64,000 nt of DNA, taken from positions 124,001 to 188,000 of the forward strand of contig JAMDHS010000021.1 of assembly GCA_029717555.1 (NCBI GenBank), in the 5' to 3' direction. Positions 12,852-24,900 of the stretch are shown here, in pieces. Source of the DNA: Peribolospora baueri. Lineage: Eukaryota. The notes below the pieces were generated by a model. That model was not told the DNA's origin and did no database searches. It saw only the letters and a program-made list of their open reading frames with translations. Both the position numbers and the translations under genes were made by a program. The stretch's first letter is position 1. The number at the start of each line of letters is the position of its first letter.

Positions 12852-15800
12852 TCGCCGAGGACCACCCGCGTCCGGCGCTGCGGAAGAGGCGAGCCGGTTC
12901 ATTATGTACGGCCAGGTGCGATGTACGAGCGGCAGGAGATCGCCTTCCCTGCCAGACAAGGCTAGGACGGGAACGGCGTGAGCGAACAAGGCGAGGACAC
13001 GGGCGCGAAGGAAGGCGGACGGATGACTGAGGAAGGGCAGCGCTTTCTCCAAGATCTCCACGCATACCTGCTGTGCTCGCGTCGGTGGAGGCGCCGGCCG
13101 GTCGTTGTCGACGTCGTCCTTGACGGTCGACGTAGGGTCGGCCTCTGCGATCGCCTCATCGACGCCTTCGAGCGGCCCTTCGAGGTGGGGCAAGTCGTCC
13201 CGCTCGATCTTCTCCGCGTCCTCCCGCGTCGCCCATTCCTCGACCCACGCCTCCAACGAGTCCAAGTCCTCCGACGGCTTGGGAATGTCTCGAGTGACGC
13301 GCGCGAGGAGTTTCGACTCTCTCCGTACCCTCGCCTCGCCGCCATCCGCGTGGTCGGCCATGGTGGCCACGACGGCGTCGAGGACGGCCAGGAGTGTGGA
13401 GCAAAGCTCGTGATAGCCGTGATAGTCGTCCAAGGCGTCAAAGATGTCGTCGACGATGTCGTGAACCATCGGCACCACCTCCTTGCCGACCAGTCGCACG
13501 CACTCGATGAGCACCAGAGGCGCCTCTTTCTCCAAGCGAGCGTTGACCATGAGACGCTGAGAGACGGCGTTGATGACGTAGTCGACGTTGTCGAGCACGA
13601 GGTTGCGCGGCGCCGCGTAGGCGCAAGAGGCGGATATGGACGACAGCGCGCGCTCGGCGGTGGTGCGAAGGAAGAAGGAGGGCGAAGAGAGCTGGGAAAG
13701 GACGGGGTAGAGGGCGTGGATGAGAAGCGGGCGGAAGCCGGAGCCGAGGATGTGCGCACACACGGCAAGCAAGCGAAGACTCAAGGCGGAGGAGACGACG
13801 CGTTGTGAGGTGAATCGGCGCTCGGCGGCCTCCCTCTGTGACGCTCCTGCCGCCGAAGCGACCGCGGTGTTCTGTCGATCGAGAAGCGTGGTGAGCGCGC
13901 TGGGGCCTCTGACATGCTCGACGGCGGTGACCGACGCTTCCTCCTCCTCGTCCTCGCCTGGCCGCTTGGACGAGAAGGCTTGCTGACCGTCGACGAAATC
14001 CTCATCATCCTCGTCCAAGCGAAGCACCTGATCGACGACCTCGCGCGCCAGTCGATGCAGCGCCGTCCTCCGCGCCTTGACGACGCGGGCGTCGTCATCG
14101 CCCGCGTATCCTTCGCCGATCCCATCGGCAAGACCTTGGAGCAAGCGCTCGACGACAAACAAAGCAGAAGCGCCACGTTCGACGTGCCCAGGTCCGCGCA
14201 TGCGACGGGCGACGTCGAGAAAGTGCTGGACAAGGAAGAACGTGCGCTCGGGCTTGACTGCCGGCCGGGACCTCTGGGCGGGCGCGAAGGCGGAGGAAAA
14301 GGAGACGGGCTGACCGCCGGCAGCAGCCCACGCGGCCGTACCGAGGAGTGTGAGCGTGCGAGAGAGTTGTCGTTGCGCGTCGGAAGAGCGCAGGTGGAGA
14401 AGGCGTAATGGCGGGAATGACGCTTCGACGGTCGAAGGATGCGACTCGGGTTCGCCCTGATCCGGGCCCTGGAGGAGCGGGTGGTAGCCGACGCCCAAAG
14501 TGGACCACGCGCGCCGATCCGCGTCCGCTCCACCATGTGCGCCGGGGACGACGACAGCAGGCTCGCCTTGGAGCTCCAAGCACGCCAGCAAGCTCCAGCC
14601 CCATTTTTCCACCCCGCCTTGAGGGCCGAGCGCGTCCAACCCACGGGGCGCGCCGACGAAAACGAGGTCTCCGGAAGGGAGGGCGGGTGAGATGAAGAGG
14701 TCGACAAGACTCTCCATCCGCTTCGCCGCCTCGATCACTTTCTCGTCATCGTGGCGGAACGTCGAGGCGGCGACGCTCTCCATGGCGTCCTTGAGGATGC
14801 GCTCGAGGAGAGGCGCCAGACGTCGTGCCGTCCTCGTCCTCGTCTCGTCGGCGACGAGAGAGCGCGGAACGAAAAAGATGCTCCGCAGGGCCGACCGGGC
14901 GGTATGTTGCACCTCGAGCGACGAGGCATCGGCGGAGAGGAGGAGGAGCCATTCGAGGAGCGTCTGGAGGCCTCTATTCACGTGTTGTGCCGCATCCTGC
15001 TCCAGCTCCTGAGGGCCGGCCTCGTCGACAAAGGCGGACCAGCCGGAGGCGGAAGCAAGGAGGACGTCGCGGGCCGCTTCGGCGAGGGCTCGACGTGCGA
15101 GGGGAGAAGGGTGTGATCGGAGGGGGGCGATGGAGCGCAGAGCGAGCGACACTCTGGGGAGGGTGCTGCGCAGCCAAGAGTAGGTGAGGGGAGGAGCGAA
15201 GGAAGATATCTGGGGCTGTGCGGGCGAAGGCGAAGGCGAGGGCGAAGGCGGGCGTGGGGAAGGCGGAGGGGGCCGCGAGTCGAGCGCCTCGGTCGTCTGC
15301 ATCGCTTGGCACTCACGCCTCTCGACCTCGTCGGCGACGCGTGCCAAATCCTCGAGCTTCTCGATCTTGCCGCCGACATCCGGCGCACCGTGGTCGCGCT
15401 CCTGCTCGATGATGTCGAAAACGACTTGATCGCCGACGGCGTCTCGCACAAGTGAGACGAATACGTCGAGGCCCTTTGTGACGAGCTGGGCGTTGGCCCA
15501 CCCTGCGCCGGAGCTGCTGGGGGGTAGACCGAGCGAGGTGGAGTAGGAGGAGGAGGAGGAAGCGGAGGCTGGTGGAGGGCGGGAGCGATTGAGAAGCACT
15601 CTGCAGAGTGCACTGATGGTGCCGGGCAAGAAGACGGCGAGGAGCTGGGCGTGGGTAAGCGGTTGGGGGTGGGAAGAAGACGAAAAAGAAAGGGAGGGGG
15701 CCGGTTGGAGATAGGTTTCGAAGAGGAGGCGGAGGAGATCGAGGGCGGCGGTGCGGAGGCGGAGGAGGCGTTGGTCGCGCACGACGTCCAAGAGGGCGAC

Positions 15801-16826
15801 GACGGTGTGTCCGAGAGTGGCCCTCGAGGCGAGCGAGGAAATGGCGCGACGGACGAGCTGGGGCGGGGGGTAGATCGGCTTTTCCTTGTCCTTTTCCTTG
15901 TCCTTGGACTCCGACTCGCTCCCCGGCCCGAGCAGATCGTCCAAAGAAGGCAGCGGCGACACGCCATCCCACTCCCACTCCATCCCTCTCTCCTTCTCCC
16001 CCTCGTCAGCCCCTTGAGCGCGCTCGGACCTAGTGCGAAGGAGTTGGAACATAAACTCGACCGCCGCCGCCTTGGTCTCCTCGCTCGTCCCTTCCCCATC
16101 GCCGACGGCGCCTGGCGCTCCTCGAATAGCGATCAGCGCCAACATCCACAACTCCTCCCACACCTCCGGCTGCCCCTCCCCATCGCCCACGAGCCCGGCC
16201 AAGGACGTCCACCACTCCTCCGCCAACACCCCAAGCACGCCGAATACGCCCTCCAACACGCGGTCCGGCAGCCCTAGCCCCGGGCCTAGCCCCAGCGGCG
16301 GTGCCGACGCCGACGCCGACGCCGACTCCGACGCGTCCGCCTGGCGCCCGCGTGCGGGGGCGTTGCGCTGAAGAAGAGCGGAAATGGGAAAAAAGATATA
16401 GTGAATGAGCGAAGGGGTCAAGACGACCTTTCGGGTTCGCGCGGGGAGCGAGTCGAGGGTGCGTCGGAGGGCGGAGAGGTGGGAGAGGAGGGCTGGTAGG
16501 ATGGAAGGGTGGAGGGAGGAGAAGGAGAGGATAGAGACGCAGATGGGCTTGACCTGCAGAGAGGAAAGGAGAACAAATCGACCGGTCGTTCCCCCGCTAG
16601 TCAGCCGACGACTCCGACGCTCCAAGATAAGAGAAGGAAAACAAAAAGAAGGGGAGGAAAGAAGGAAACGCACCTTGGCAAAGACCTGCTTCCTCAGCAC
16701 CTCCCTCGCCATCACCTCCCCGTCCCCGTCTATACCGGCGCCTCCGGGCCTCCTCGCAAAGGGCCCCTCCAGGCCTCCGACTTCGCCGGACGGACGACCT
16801 CCATCACCGCCGAACAAGCTGACCAT
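12219..16826 (-). CDS. TTI1: TEL2-interacting protein 1 (TTT complex HEAT-repeat subunit)
   Basis: ~1500-aa helical-repeat ORF with VFAK/VKPICV, YIFFPISALL, LAVFLPGTISAL, NLVLDNVDYVINAVS, DIVDDIFDALDDYHGY, NADAVWLVL; one 120-nt intron at 16554-16673. Confidence 0.88.
12816..12848 (-). repeat. (GCG)11 coding microsatellite, poly-Ala in TTI1
   Basis: Pure trinucleotide run encoding 11 alanines. Confidence 0.9.
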
Positions 16827-17363
16827 GAAAGAATCGTTGGACGCGCGCGCACGGACGGACGGGGACGGACGAGGTGATCGGTCGTCATGCTCAATTCAAC
16901 GACCGGCGGTGATCGAAGGCGACTTTAGTATTATTCAGTGCTGCGGCCCGCTGCTGGACCACCTGCGCACAGACCACCTAAGCCAGCGAGCGGAAACCGT
17001 GGGCCGGTTCGCTCTTCACGAGTCTTCCGCGCGCTTCACTTCTCCCATCTTCATATTCCATAACGCTCCTACACGGACGGCAAAACGTACATGCGTGCGA
17101 AAGCCGAGGAACAGGACAGCGTTCGCGAGCGTGATATTGTCGATTTTTCATGGCGGACGACCTTACGACGGGGCGGCAGCGCCAGTTAAAACAACCAAGG
17201 TGGTCCAAGGTGAGTCCGACGGGGGGACAAGAGATCGGAGGGATCAAGAAAACTACCGCAAATCCTTCAGCCGTTCCAGCGCCGCTCTTTGAGTCTTCCT
17301 TCTCTTCCTGAGCGGTCTTTTGTAAAAAGGCCACGCGCCCCACGCGCCCCTTGGTCGCCTGAC

Positions 17364-18890
17364 TCAAGGGATGGAGGAGCGCATGGGGTAAGGCATCCCG
17401 TGGGGGGACGAGTGGGCATCGTGGACCGATCCGGGCACACTCTGGGGCTCGTCCGACGTGGTCCCACTCTCTTCATACCGTGTCACCGTCGTGCGGACCT
17501 GAGCGAATCCGAGCGTCGAGCGGTCGAATTGAGTGACGCGCGCTGGCGAGTATCGAAACGCTCTCTCTTAGCTCACCTCAACTTGGACTGGTAGCTGACC
17601 ATGCCCGCGGGGAGAAGAGGACGGGATGACGGCGACGTCGTTGTTTTCGCCAGAACGATGATCGGCCTTGGCGATGGCGTCATCGAGCTCAAACTGGGCG
17701 TAGGGGTGAGCACGGGGGATGGAGTGGAGGCCCAGTTCGTCGTCGCCTAGGCGGCCGCCTAGGCGCGGGAGACGCGAGCCGGTGCGGTCGGAGCGATCAT
17801 AGGTACCGGTCATGAGCGAGGGCGCGTTGGAGGCGTCGCGTCCGGAGCGCGAGTTGAGGAGGGCAAGCATCTGAGGTGGGCGGAACGAGGTCAGGCGGCG
17901 TCAGGAGGAGCGTGAGCGGGCGTAGAGACGCACCGAATTGGAGTAGACTGGATGGGAGAGACGAAAGAAAAGAAAGAAAAGGGGTGAGATGGGACGACGA
18001 CGACGACCAGTCGGTCAAGGGCTCACTCTTGGGTAGTAAAAAACTGAGCGTCATGTGGTACGTTGTGGTCTACAAAGCCAAAGGACAAGAAGACGAGTGA
18101 GGGCGACGGACAACGGAAGAGAAATGGAGGACAACGACGCACCTTCCAGACGCAGAGGACGATGGCATCGAGGATCTGGAGGGTGGCGGTGGTCATACCG
18201 GTCTCGACGGTGATCCTTATGAGCCTGGAGAGGATCGAGTCGGTAGCCTTGAAGCCGGTCCTGCTGCTGAAGAGCTTGACGGACATGATGATGCAGATGA
18301 GGACGTCGGCGACGGCGGCGCCGACGAGCCAGATGATGGCGGCGGTGTCGATGCGGGCAAAGGTGGTGAGGGTGGCACCGGCGGCTTCCTGGGTAACAAC
18401 GATGGCGGCGGCGAGCTGGAGGAGGGTCATGGCGATGATGGGCGTGGCGAGGATCCAGCCCCTGGTGGGGCCCATGAGGGCGATGATGCGGGAACAGTAG
18501 AATGCGTGGACGATGTTGGCGATGATGGCGTCGAAGACGGGCGTGGCGACGACGCCGGGTCCGGGAACCGCGATGACGGAGGGGTCGCCGACGGCCAAGA
18601 CGGAGTACCTCCAGCCGGAGGTGGTCATGACGACGAACGATTCGGCGGCGTCGATGAGAAAGAGGAGGAGGACGAGGCCTCGGAGGGTTTTTGGGTCCTT
18701 GGAGAAGTTCTGAAAGTAGAAGTAGCTGGGGGGGAAGAGAAGCGTGAGACGAGGACGAGAGAAGGAGGAGAAGCGAATGAATGGCTGACCTCTGGCAGAC
18801 GAAGATGCCCCAGAAGAAAAAGTTCCAGACGACGCCTAGGAAGGGCGGGCCGACGATCTTGGTGAATTCGACGGGGGGAATGCTGTCCAT
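17364..18890 (-). CDS. Basidiomycete multi-pass membrane protein, DUF6534 family
   Basis: GPPFLGVVWNFFFWGI, HAFYCSRI, WLVGAAVADVLI, TGFKATDSILSRLIRITVETG, LLPKIYSNSMLALLNSR (assembled through a 14-nt exon); about 7 hydrophobic segments. Confidence 0.82.
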
Positions 18891-20497
18891 GTTGACGAAG
18901 CGGTGGGAGGCGACTACGAGAGAGGTGGGAGGGAGGGAAAGAGCGAGGCGACGAGGTGGGGGAGCGTCGAGAAAGTCGACGGGGCGTAGGCGACGTTGGA
19001 CGAAGGTCTTGCGGGCGGGTGGACGCTTTTATGCCGTTGTCGCCGTCGACCTTGACGACGGCGGGCTTCATTGCTTTGGGTCTGTTCTCGTCGTCGTCGT
19101 CGTCGCAGTCGTTCCTTCTTTATTTTAATGCAATATCCATTAATGTATGTTCTATTATTCCAATAACTGGAACAGTTATAGTCAGTCACAGTCGCAGTTG
19201 CAGACTGGCAGGAAGGGGGTGAAGTGGACAGCGCAGGGGAGACGCAGGCTGGGATCGACGGGGGTCTCGCGCTGGCTAGGCTGGGTGAAGGCAAGGAAGT
19301 GAGAAGAAGCAAAGGAAGAAAGAAGAGAAGGAACGAAGCAGGCCCTCGTTCCTCCTCGCAGGCCGTCGAAGTCGAAGGCAGTCGCTGTGCGAGCGAGGGA
19401 GCGGCCAAGCAAGGGGTGCCGCCTGTCCGGTCCGACATACGCAGGGAGATGAACGGGGGAGGGAGAAATAAGTGCCTTGGTGGGACGGAAAGGAAGGGCT
19501 TCCACGATGGCACACGTGGAGCGCAGCCGATCGAATCGAGCGTCGTTCTATAGAAGAGATAGCGGCGGTGCTAGCTGTGTGTTCTACGCCCATCTGCATC
19601 TACCATGCTGACTAGCGTGGGCGTGCAGTGCATCTCACCGTCTGCATCACTTTCCCGCTTTTTATTTTCTTTTCAGGGACGAAAAGAAAAACCGCGCTGC
19701 GCGCAGCGCACAAATTAGATAAAAGCTCCGCGCCAAATTTAATATTAACGCACGCGTCGTAAAATTTACTTAGTTCGCTAGCTCCGCCGCTGCCGCAGTG
19801 GTGTGCTGTGTGCCCTGCCTCTGTACCTCGTACCTCGTACCTCAGCGCCGTGGAGTACGAGGCGACGTTGGCAGCTAAGGCACCGCCCGCTCTCCATCAT
19901 CGTCCACCTACCATCGCTCCATTTACCGCCGCTCGCTCGCTGGCGTGAGACGGACGGACGGACGGACGAACGGGCTTGTTACAGACCGTCGTCAAGCTTC
20001 GGTACGCAAATTCCGAGCACTGCTCGAATCGCAAGTCAGCACTAGTCTTTGTTGATGCTTCCGACTTCTGCCGTTGTTCCACGAGCTTTCATGCCACCTC
20101 ACTCCGAGTTGTCACAGCTTGTCATTCAAGCTCAGTCCCATCAGTTCTACCGCAGTCCTCTATCATAGTATCTTAGTTCTACCATGGTTCTACCACAGTC
20201 TTCTGAATTAAGTCTTGTTGATTCCAACCACACCTGTCTGTGGCATCCGTGACATGATCACTGCTACCTTTGACATTATCACCGCCGTCGGTGACAGGCT
20301 GGCTCCATGAGGCAAGACCAATCAAGACGCCAAGCCTCGTTTTGCCGTTCGCCCGGCAGGAAACCGCCCGCGTCAGCGCCAGCGGCACCACCACGCCTCG
20401 TGTCCCTCCCTCCCGCCCTCCACCCAGGCAGGCTTCATAAGGCCCCCCTCATCGCCTCGCCCCTCCTTCTCTTCTCCTCACTCTCGCCACTCCCACC

Positions 20498-22785
20498 ATG
20501 TCCAGCCCAGCCTTCCCCCGCCTTAACGCCCTCCGCACCATCATCAACCGCTCCCTAGACGTCTTCGAGCAAGAGCTCGCTAACCTAGGCCTCTCCGAGC
20601 CCGTACCCACCGACCCCGAATCCCATGTGAGCCCGGAGAGAAAGAAAGACAAGACAGGCGAGGCCAGTCAGCTTACCTCGCTTTCCCTTCAGCCGTTTGA
20701 CGACCCGGCGTACCTCCTTCCGCCTCGCCTCTACGAGGCCCGTAGGTTGCTCGTCGCCAGCACCAGCATGCTCAAGTCCATCGTCGACCCCGCATCGGAG
20801 CAGGTCTTTGACATTTGGAATTCGGTCCGTTTTTTTTTGCCACCACTCCCTGACTCGTCTCGTCTTCGTCCTCTCCTCTCACCTTTCTTCTTCTTCCCTT
20901 CCAGATGTCCGACGCCTCCGCCCTCAACGTCGTCGTCCACGCTCGCGTCGCCGATGTCCTCGCAGACAACGACGTCGACCCTCGCCTCGGTCTCCCCGCC
21001 GCCGAGATCGGAGAGCGCACGGGCGTCAACGCCGATAAGCTCGGTGAGCGCCAACGCACCCACATTGTCCGAAAGCACATCCTCATCTTTCCCCTTCCCG
21101 GCCTTCTTCTTCTTCCAGTTCACTTTATTAGGGCACTCGCCACCCAGAATATCTTCACTGAGACCGAGCCCAATGTGGTGAGCCTGCCCTGGCCACCGTC
21201 TTTTCTCTCCCCGGCCCAAGTTCACGCCCCTGCCTTCTCTGTCTCTCTCTGTTTCTCTCTGTCTCTTTCTCTTTCTCTTTCTCTTTCTCTCTCTCTCCAG
21301 TTTGCCAACACGCGGCTCTCCCTCTTCTTGCGCCATGACCAGCCGGTCGCCGCCATGGTTCGCGCCCTGTGCGTGTATGCGCTCCCTTGGCCTTGATCCG
21401 CATCCCTCGCTCATGCCAACCGCTCCTCTGCGCCCGTCCTCAGCACGCTCATGTGCAGCCGTTTCGTCCAAGCTTCTTGGTAAGCCCTCTCCGTCTTGTC
21501 CTTTTCCCCTCCCGAACCCGCTTCTGACCCGATTTCGCACCCAGGGAGACGCTTTCTGACCCAAAGACGGCCCACTCGCACGAGCACGACGACGGCCCCT
21601 TCCGCAAAGCCATGGGCACCAACGGCGGCCTCTATGAATACATGGCTCAGCATCCCACCACGCTCAAGGACTTTGGTGCGTTCCAGCCTCTCGTCCCGTA
21701 CGATATCTTTTCACGCCCTCACCCGTTCGTCGCTCGCCATCGTTTACAGCCTTTGGCCTCAACGCGTGGGGCGCAGCCTCGAACCCGGGCCTCATCAATG
21801 ACTACCCCTGGGAAGAGCTCGGCAAAAAGACCGTCGTTGACATTGGCGGCGGACACGGCACGCTCACCATTCCCCTCATCGAGAAGCACCCCAACCTCAG
21901 CCTCGTCTTGCAGGACCGTCCCGAGGTGTGCGAGAGGGCTAAGGAGGTGAGCCCCATCTTTCGGAACGGAGCGCGACCGACCGAGACCGACACTCGCTCG
22001 TCGCCCCCAGGTCCTCCAAGCAAGTATGCCCGACGCCGTCGAGAGCGGCCGCATCGTCTGTGAGGCGCACGACTTTTTCAAGACGCAGCCCAGAAAGGGT
22101 GACGAATACGTCTACGTCATGCGGTGGTGCATGTGAGCTCATGACACCCGTCCCGTTCCCCCGAAGCGTCCATTCATCTCTCACCTCGCCTCTCCCCGTC
22201 TCGTACAGTCACAACTGGGGCCAGAGGGAGTGTGTGCAGATGTTGCGCGCCGTGCGCGAGAGCATGACCCCTACGTCCAAGTTGATCATTTGCGAGGTCG
22301 TCCTCGACCAGGCTGGCGTCGCTTCTCCTGACATTTCCGTGGAGGAGACCCTCGATCGCGTCGATCGCCTGCCTGGCACTGGCCAGAGCGGCAGGTACGA
22401 GGCTGTGCAGGCGCCTTGGCCTTTGACAAAGAACTTTGGCGAAGCCGGCAAGAGGGTTCGTGTCGTCGCGACTCGGTTCGATCGGCCAGCACGCTAACCT
22501 CTTGTCCTTTCCTTCTATGCCATATTCGTCAGGCCGAGCTCTCCGACGTGCTCATGTTCAACATTGTTCACGGCATGGAGCGCACCAGAGAGCAGTTCGA
22601 GGACCTGGCCGAGCAGTCCGGCCTTGAGGTGAGTGGGGGAGCTCGGCTCGACACACGTGGTATAGAGACGACGGCTGACGCGTTGCGTCGGCCACACCCC
22701 GCAGATCGCCAAGATCTGGCCGGTCCGGGCCGACAAGTGTGGGATCATCGAGTTCAAGGTCAAGAGTGGCGCCAACGGCGCCTGA
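20498..22785 (+). CDS. SAM-dependent O-methyltransferase (Methyltransf_2, COMT/OmtA-like) with dimerisation domain
   Basis: Intact multi-exon frame: DYPWEELGKKTVVDIGGGHG, LVLQDRPEV, AHDFFKTQP, YVMRWCIHNW, SKLIICE, GMERTREQF. Confidence 0.9.
21228..21297. repeat. CT-rich simple repeat with (TCTCTT)n units in an O-methyltransferase intron
   Basis: Long polypyrimidine low-complexity run before the acceptor at 21300. Confidence 0.75.
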
Positions 22786-23048
22786 CTGCGGGGCCATTGT
22801 CTCTTTTATCATTTTTCTTGTCCGTCGCGAGAGAATGCTTGTGCCTGTGCCTCGACGTCTCGTCAACGATACTCGTTTCTGTATAAGCACGTGTGGATTC
22901 AAGTCTGGAAGAATTATGAGCTGCGCTCCAGTGCTGTACTGTACATGTAGTGCTCTTGCGTAAGCGATCGCAGCGCGTCCTCTCTCTCCCCATGCTCTCG
23001 CCTTGTCGTCATCGCCTTCTGCCTTGCTTGCTTGCTTCCTTGGCCTCG

Positions 23049-24900
23049 TCAAGGCTGGAGGGCAGAGATGTCGGCCGATTTGGCCTCGCCGTCCAACAGC
23101 AGTTCGGCCATTACTTTTCCTGTGCCTGGGCCTGGTGGGCGAGAAATAAGAGGGGGGATGGGATGGGGATGGGGATGGGATGAGCTATTGGAAAGGATGA
23201 CGGGCGAGGAGGGAGGGGGCTTACCGTTGGCTTTGGAGGCCGTAAGGGAAGAGGCGGGAAGGAAGGAAAGAACGGTGAGCGGTGTACGACCATGCCAACG
23301 AAAGAAAGCGATAGACGGTGGACAGCCTCGGACACTCAACTGATCCCCCAGCAAGAATGTCCCGCTGCGATCCACACGCCGTCGACGTCTGCCATTGCCT
23401 TCTCTCCGCCTCCACCCGCTTGTTGTTGTTTCTTCTTGCCGTAGGCGCGACCGATGACGGGATCGCCTCGCGCGCCGATAGGAAGGTAACATGCTTGTTC
23501 TGTTTCCACTTTGGCGCCCGAGGCTGGCGATAGGTGCGTCGGGCTCACTACCGCCGCTTGCTCTACCAGTCGTTGCGTTTTTGAACGGTCTGGCGTCACA
23601 AGCGACGCGCTTTTTGGGAGTGGGGCGTTGTCGCCGCAGCCGCAGATGTAGGCGGTGCTGGTGGGGGTGGTAGTGGTAGTGGTAGTGGTGGAGGGAGAGT
23701 GAGAGTGAGAGGAAAGGAAAAGCAAACGAGCCGCTACGCGCCCGCTCACCCATCAGGCCGGCAATAGATTTCCGGCTCGCCCGCCTTGCTGTCGTACCGT
23801 ATACTCGTGAACAGGCAGTGCGCGCTCAGAGGCCGCGGCGGCCGGACGACGACGGAGTGGGCGCGGTGGCCGTCGATCGTCGACGCTGCCTCCAGCGCCC
23901 GAGTTGGTGCGGGGACGCCGAAGAGCTTGGAGACCAGTGCGCCTGTCCATGGCCCTGCGCACAGCACCACGTCCGTCGCTGGCACCTCGACCACGTCGCC
24001 GTCGCCTCGATCCTCCTGAGAGCGCTTCACCTTGACCGCCTTGAGCGAGCGCCTCCCCGTCTCGTCGGACGACCTCACCAGCGCCTCCGCGCTCCCCACC
24101 ACGAGCTCCACACCGCCCTCGCGCCGGGCATAGTCGAAGAGAAACTCGGTCAGCAAGCCAGGCGTCACCTGCGCCGTGTCCTCGGGAGAGCCGAGCTTGG
24201 ACGCTGCGCGCACGATCGATGCGTCCAGCCAGTCTAGGCCGGGTACGCGCTTGGGACGCGGGGCGGAGGTGTCGCAGGTCACTTGGATCGTCTGTCGGCG
24301 GGACGGCGGGAGAGCGAATGAACAAAATGCCAATCCAATCGCTCCGCTTGGGGAGAAGAGAAAAAGACTCGCCTCGACGGGCCGATAGCCCCACTTGTCC
24401 GCACCGCCAAACTCGTCGGCAAGCCGGCGGTGCTCGTCAAAGCTGAGCCGCGCGAGGCTCGCTGTCGCGGGGCCGTGCCAGTCGCGAGCGAGGAAGCCGC
24501 CGGACTTGCCTGATGCTGCCGCGGCGATACTGACTGGCTCTATGAGGTAGATCTTGGTGAGCGTGTGGGAGAAGGCGGGGTGGCGGGTTAGGTAGAAGCT
24601 GTGGTGGGGAGGAGAGGATGGGGTCGTCAGCGTCAGCGTCAGTTCAGCTCGCGTTCGGCCGACAGGCAGGCATCAATGCTGCGTCGGACCGGCGGGAGGA
24701 CGTCCAAAGATGGAGTGGGTGCCCGCTCGACTCACGCCGTGCTCGCCCCGATGATGCCTCCTCCGACGATCACTGAGCCAAGAGAAGAAGGCAACGGCAA
24801 AACGGATGGACGGGGACGGAACGGTCAGACCACCCGACCTGCCGAGGCGAGCTGCTCTGGCCAACCCACCGATGTGCCGCTGGGGCGAGTTTGGAGCCAT
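23049..24900 (-). CDS. FAD-dependent oxidoreductase, DAO family (Tda3/Btn3-like)
   Basis: IVIVGGGIIGASTAFYL, ASGKSGGFLARDW, TAQVTPGLLT, VVLCAGPWTG, PEIYCRPDG, QACYLP, GHSCWGITNGPGTGKVMAEL. Confidence 0.88.

Noticed and set aside
11212..16277. Long plus-strand ORFs antisense to the amidohydrolase and TTI1 (e.g. 11212-12165, 12126-12758, 12978-13808)
   Set aside because: Shadow ORFs expected from high GC and codon bias of the real minus-strand genes; no recognisable motifs
20498..24900. O-methyltransferase plus FAD oxidoreductase as a secondary-metabolite cluster
   Set aside because: No backbone synthase, transporter or cluster transcription factor; the oxidoreductase looks like the widely conserved Tda3-like protein
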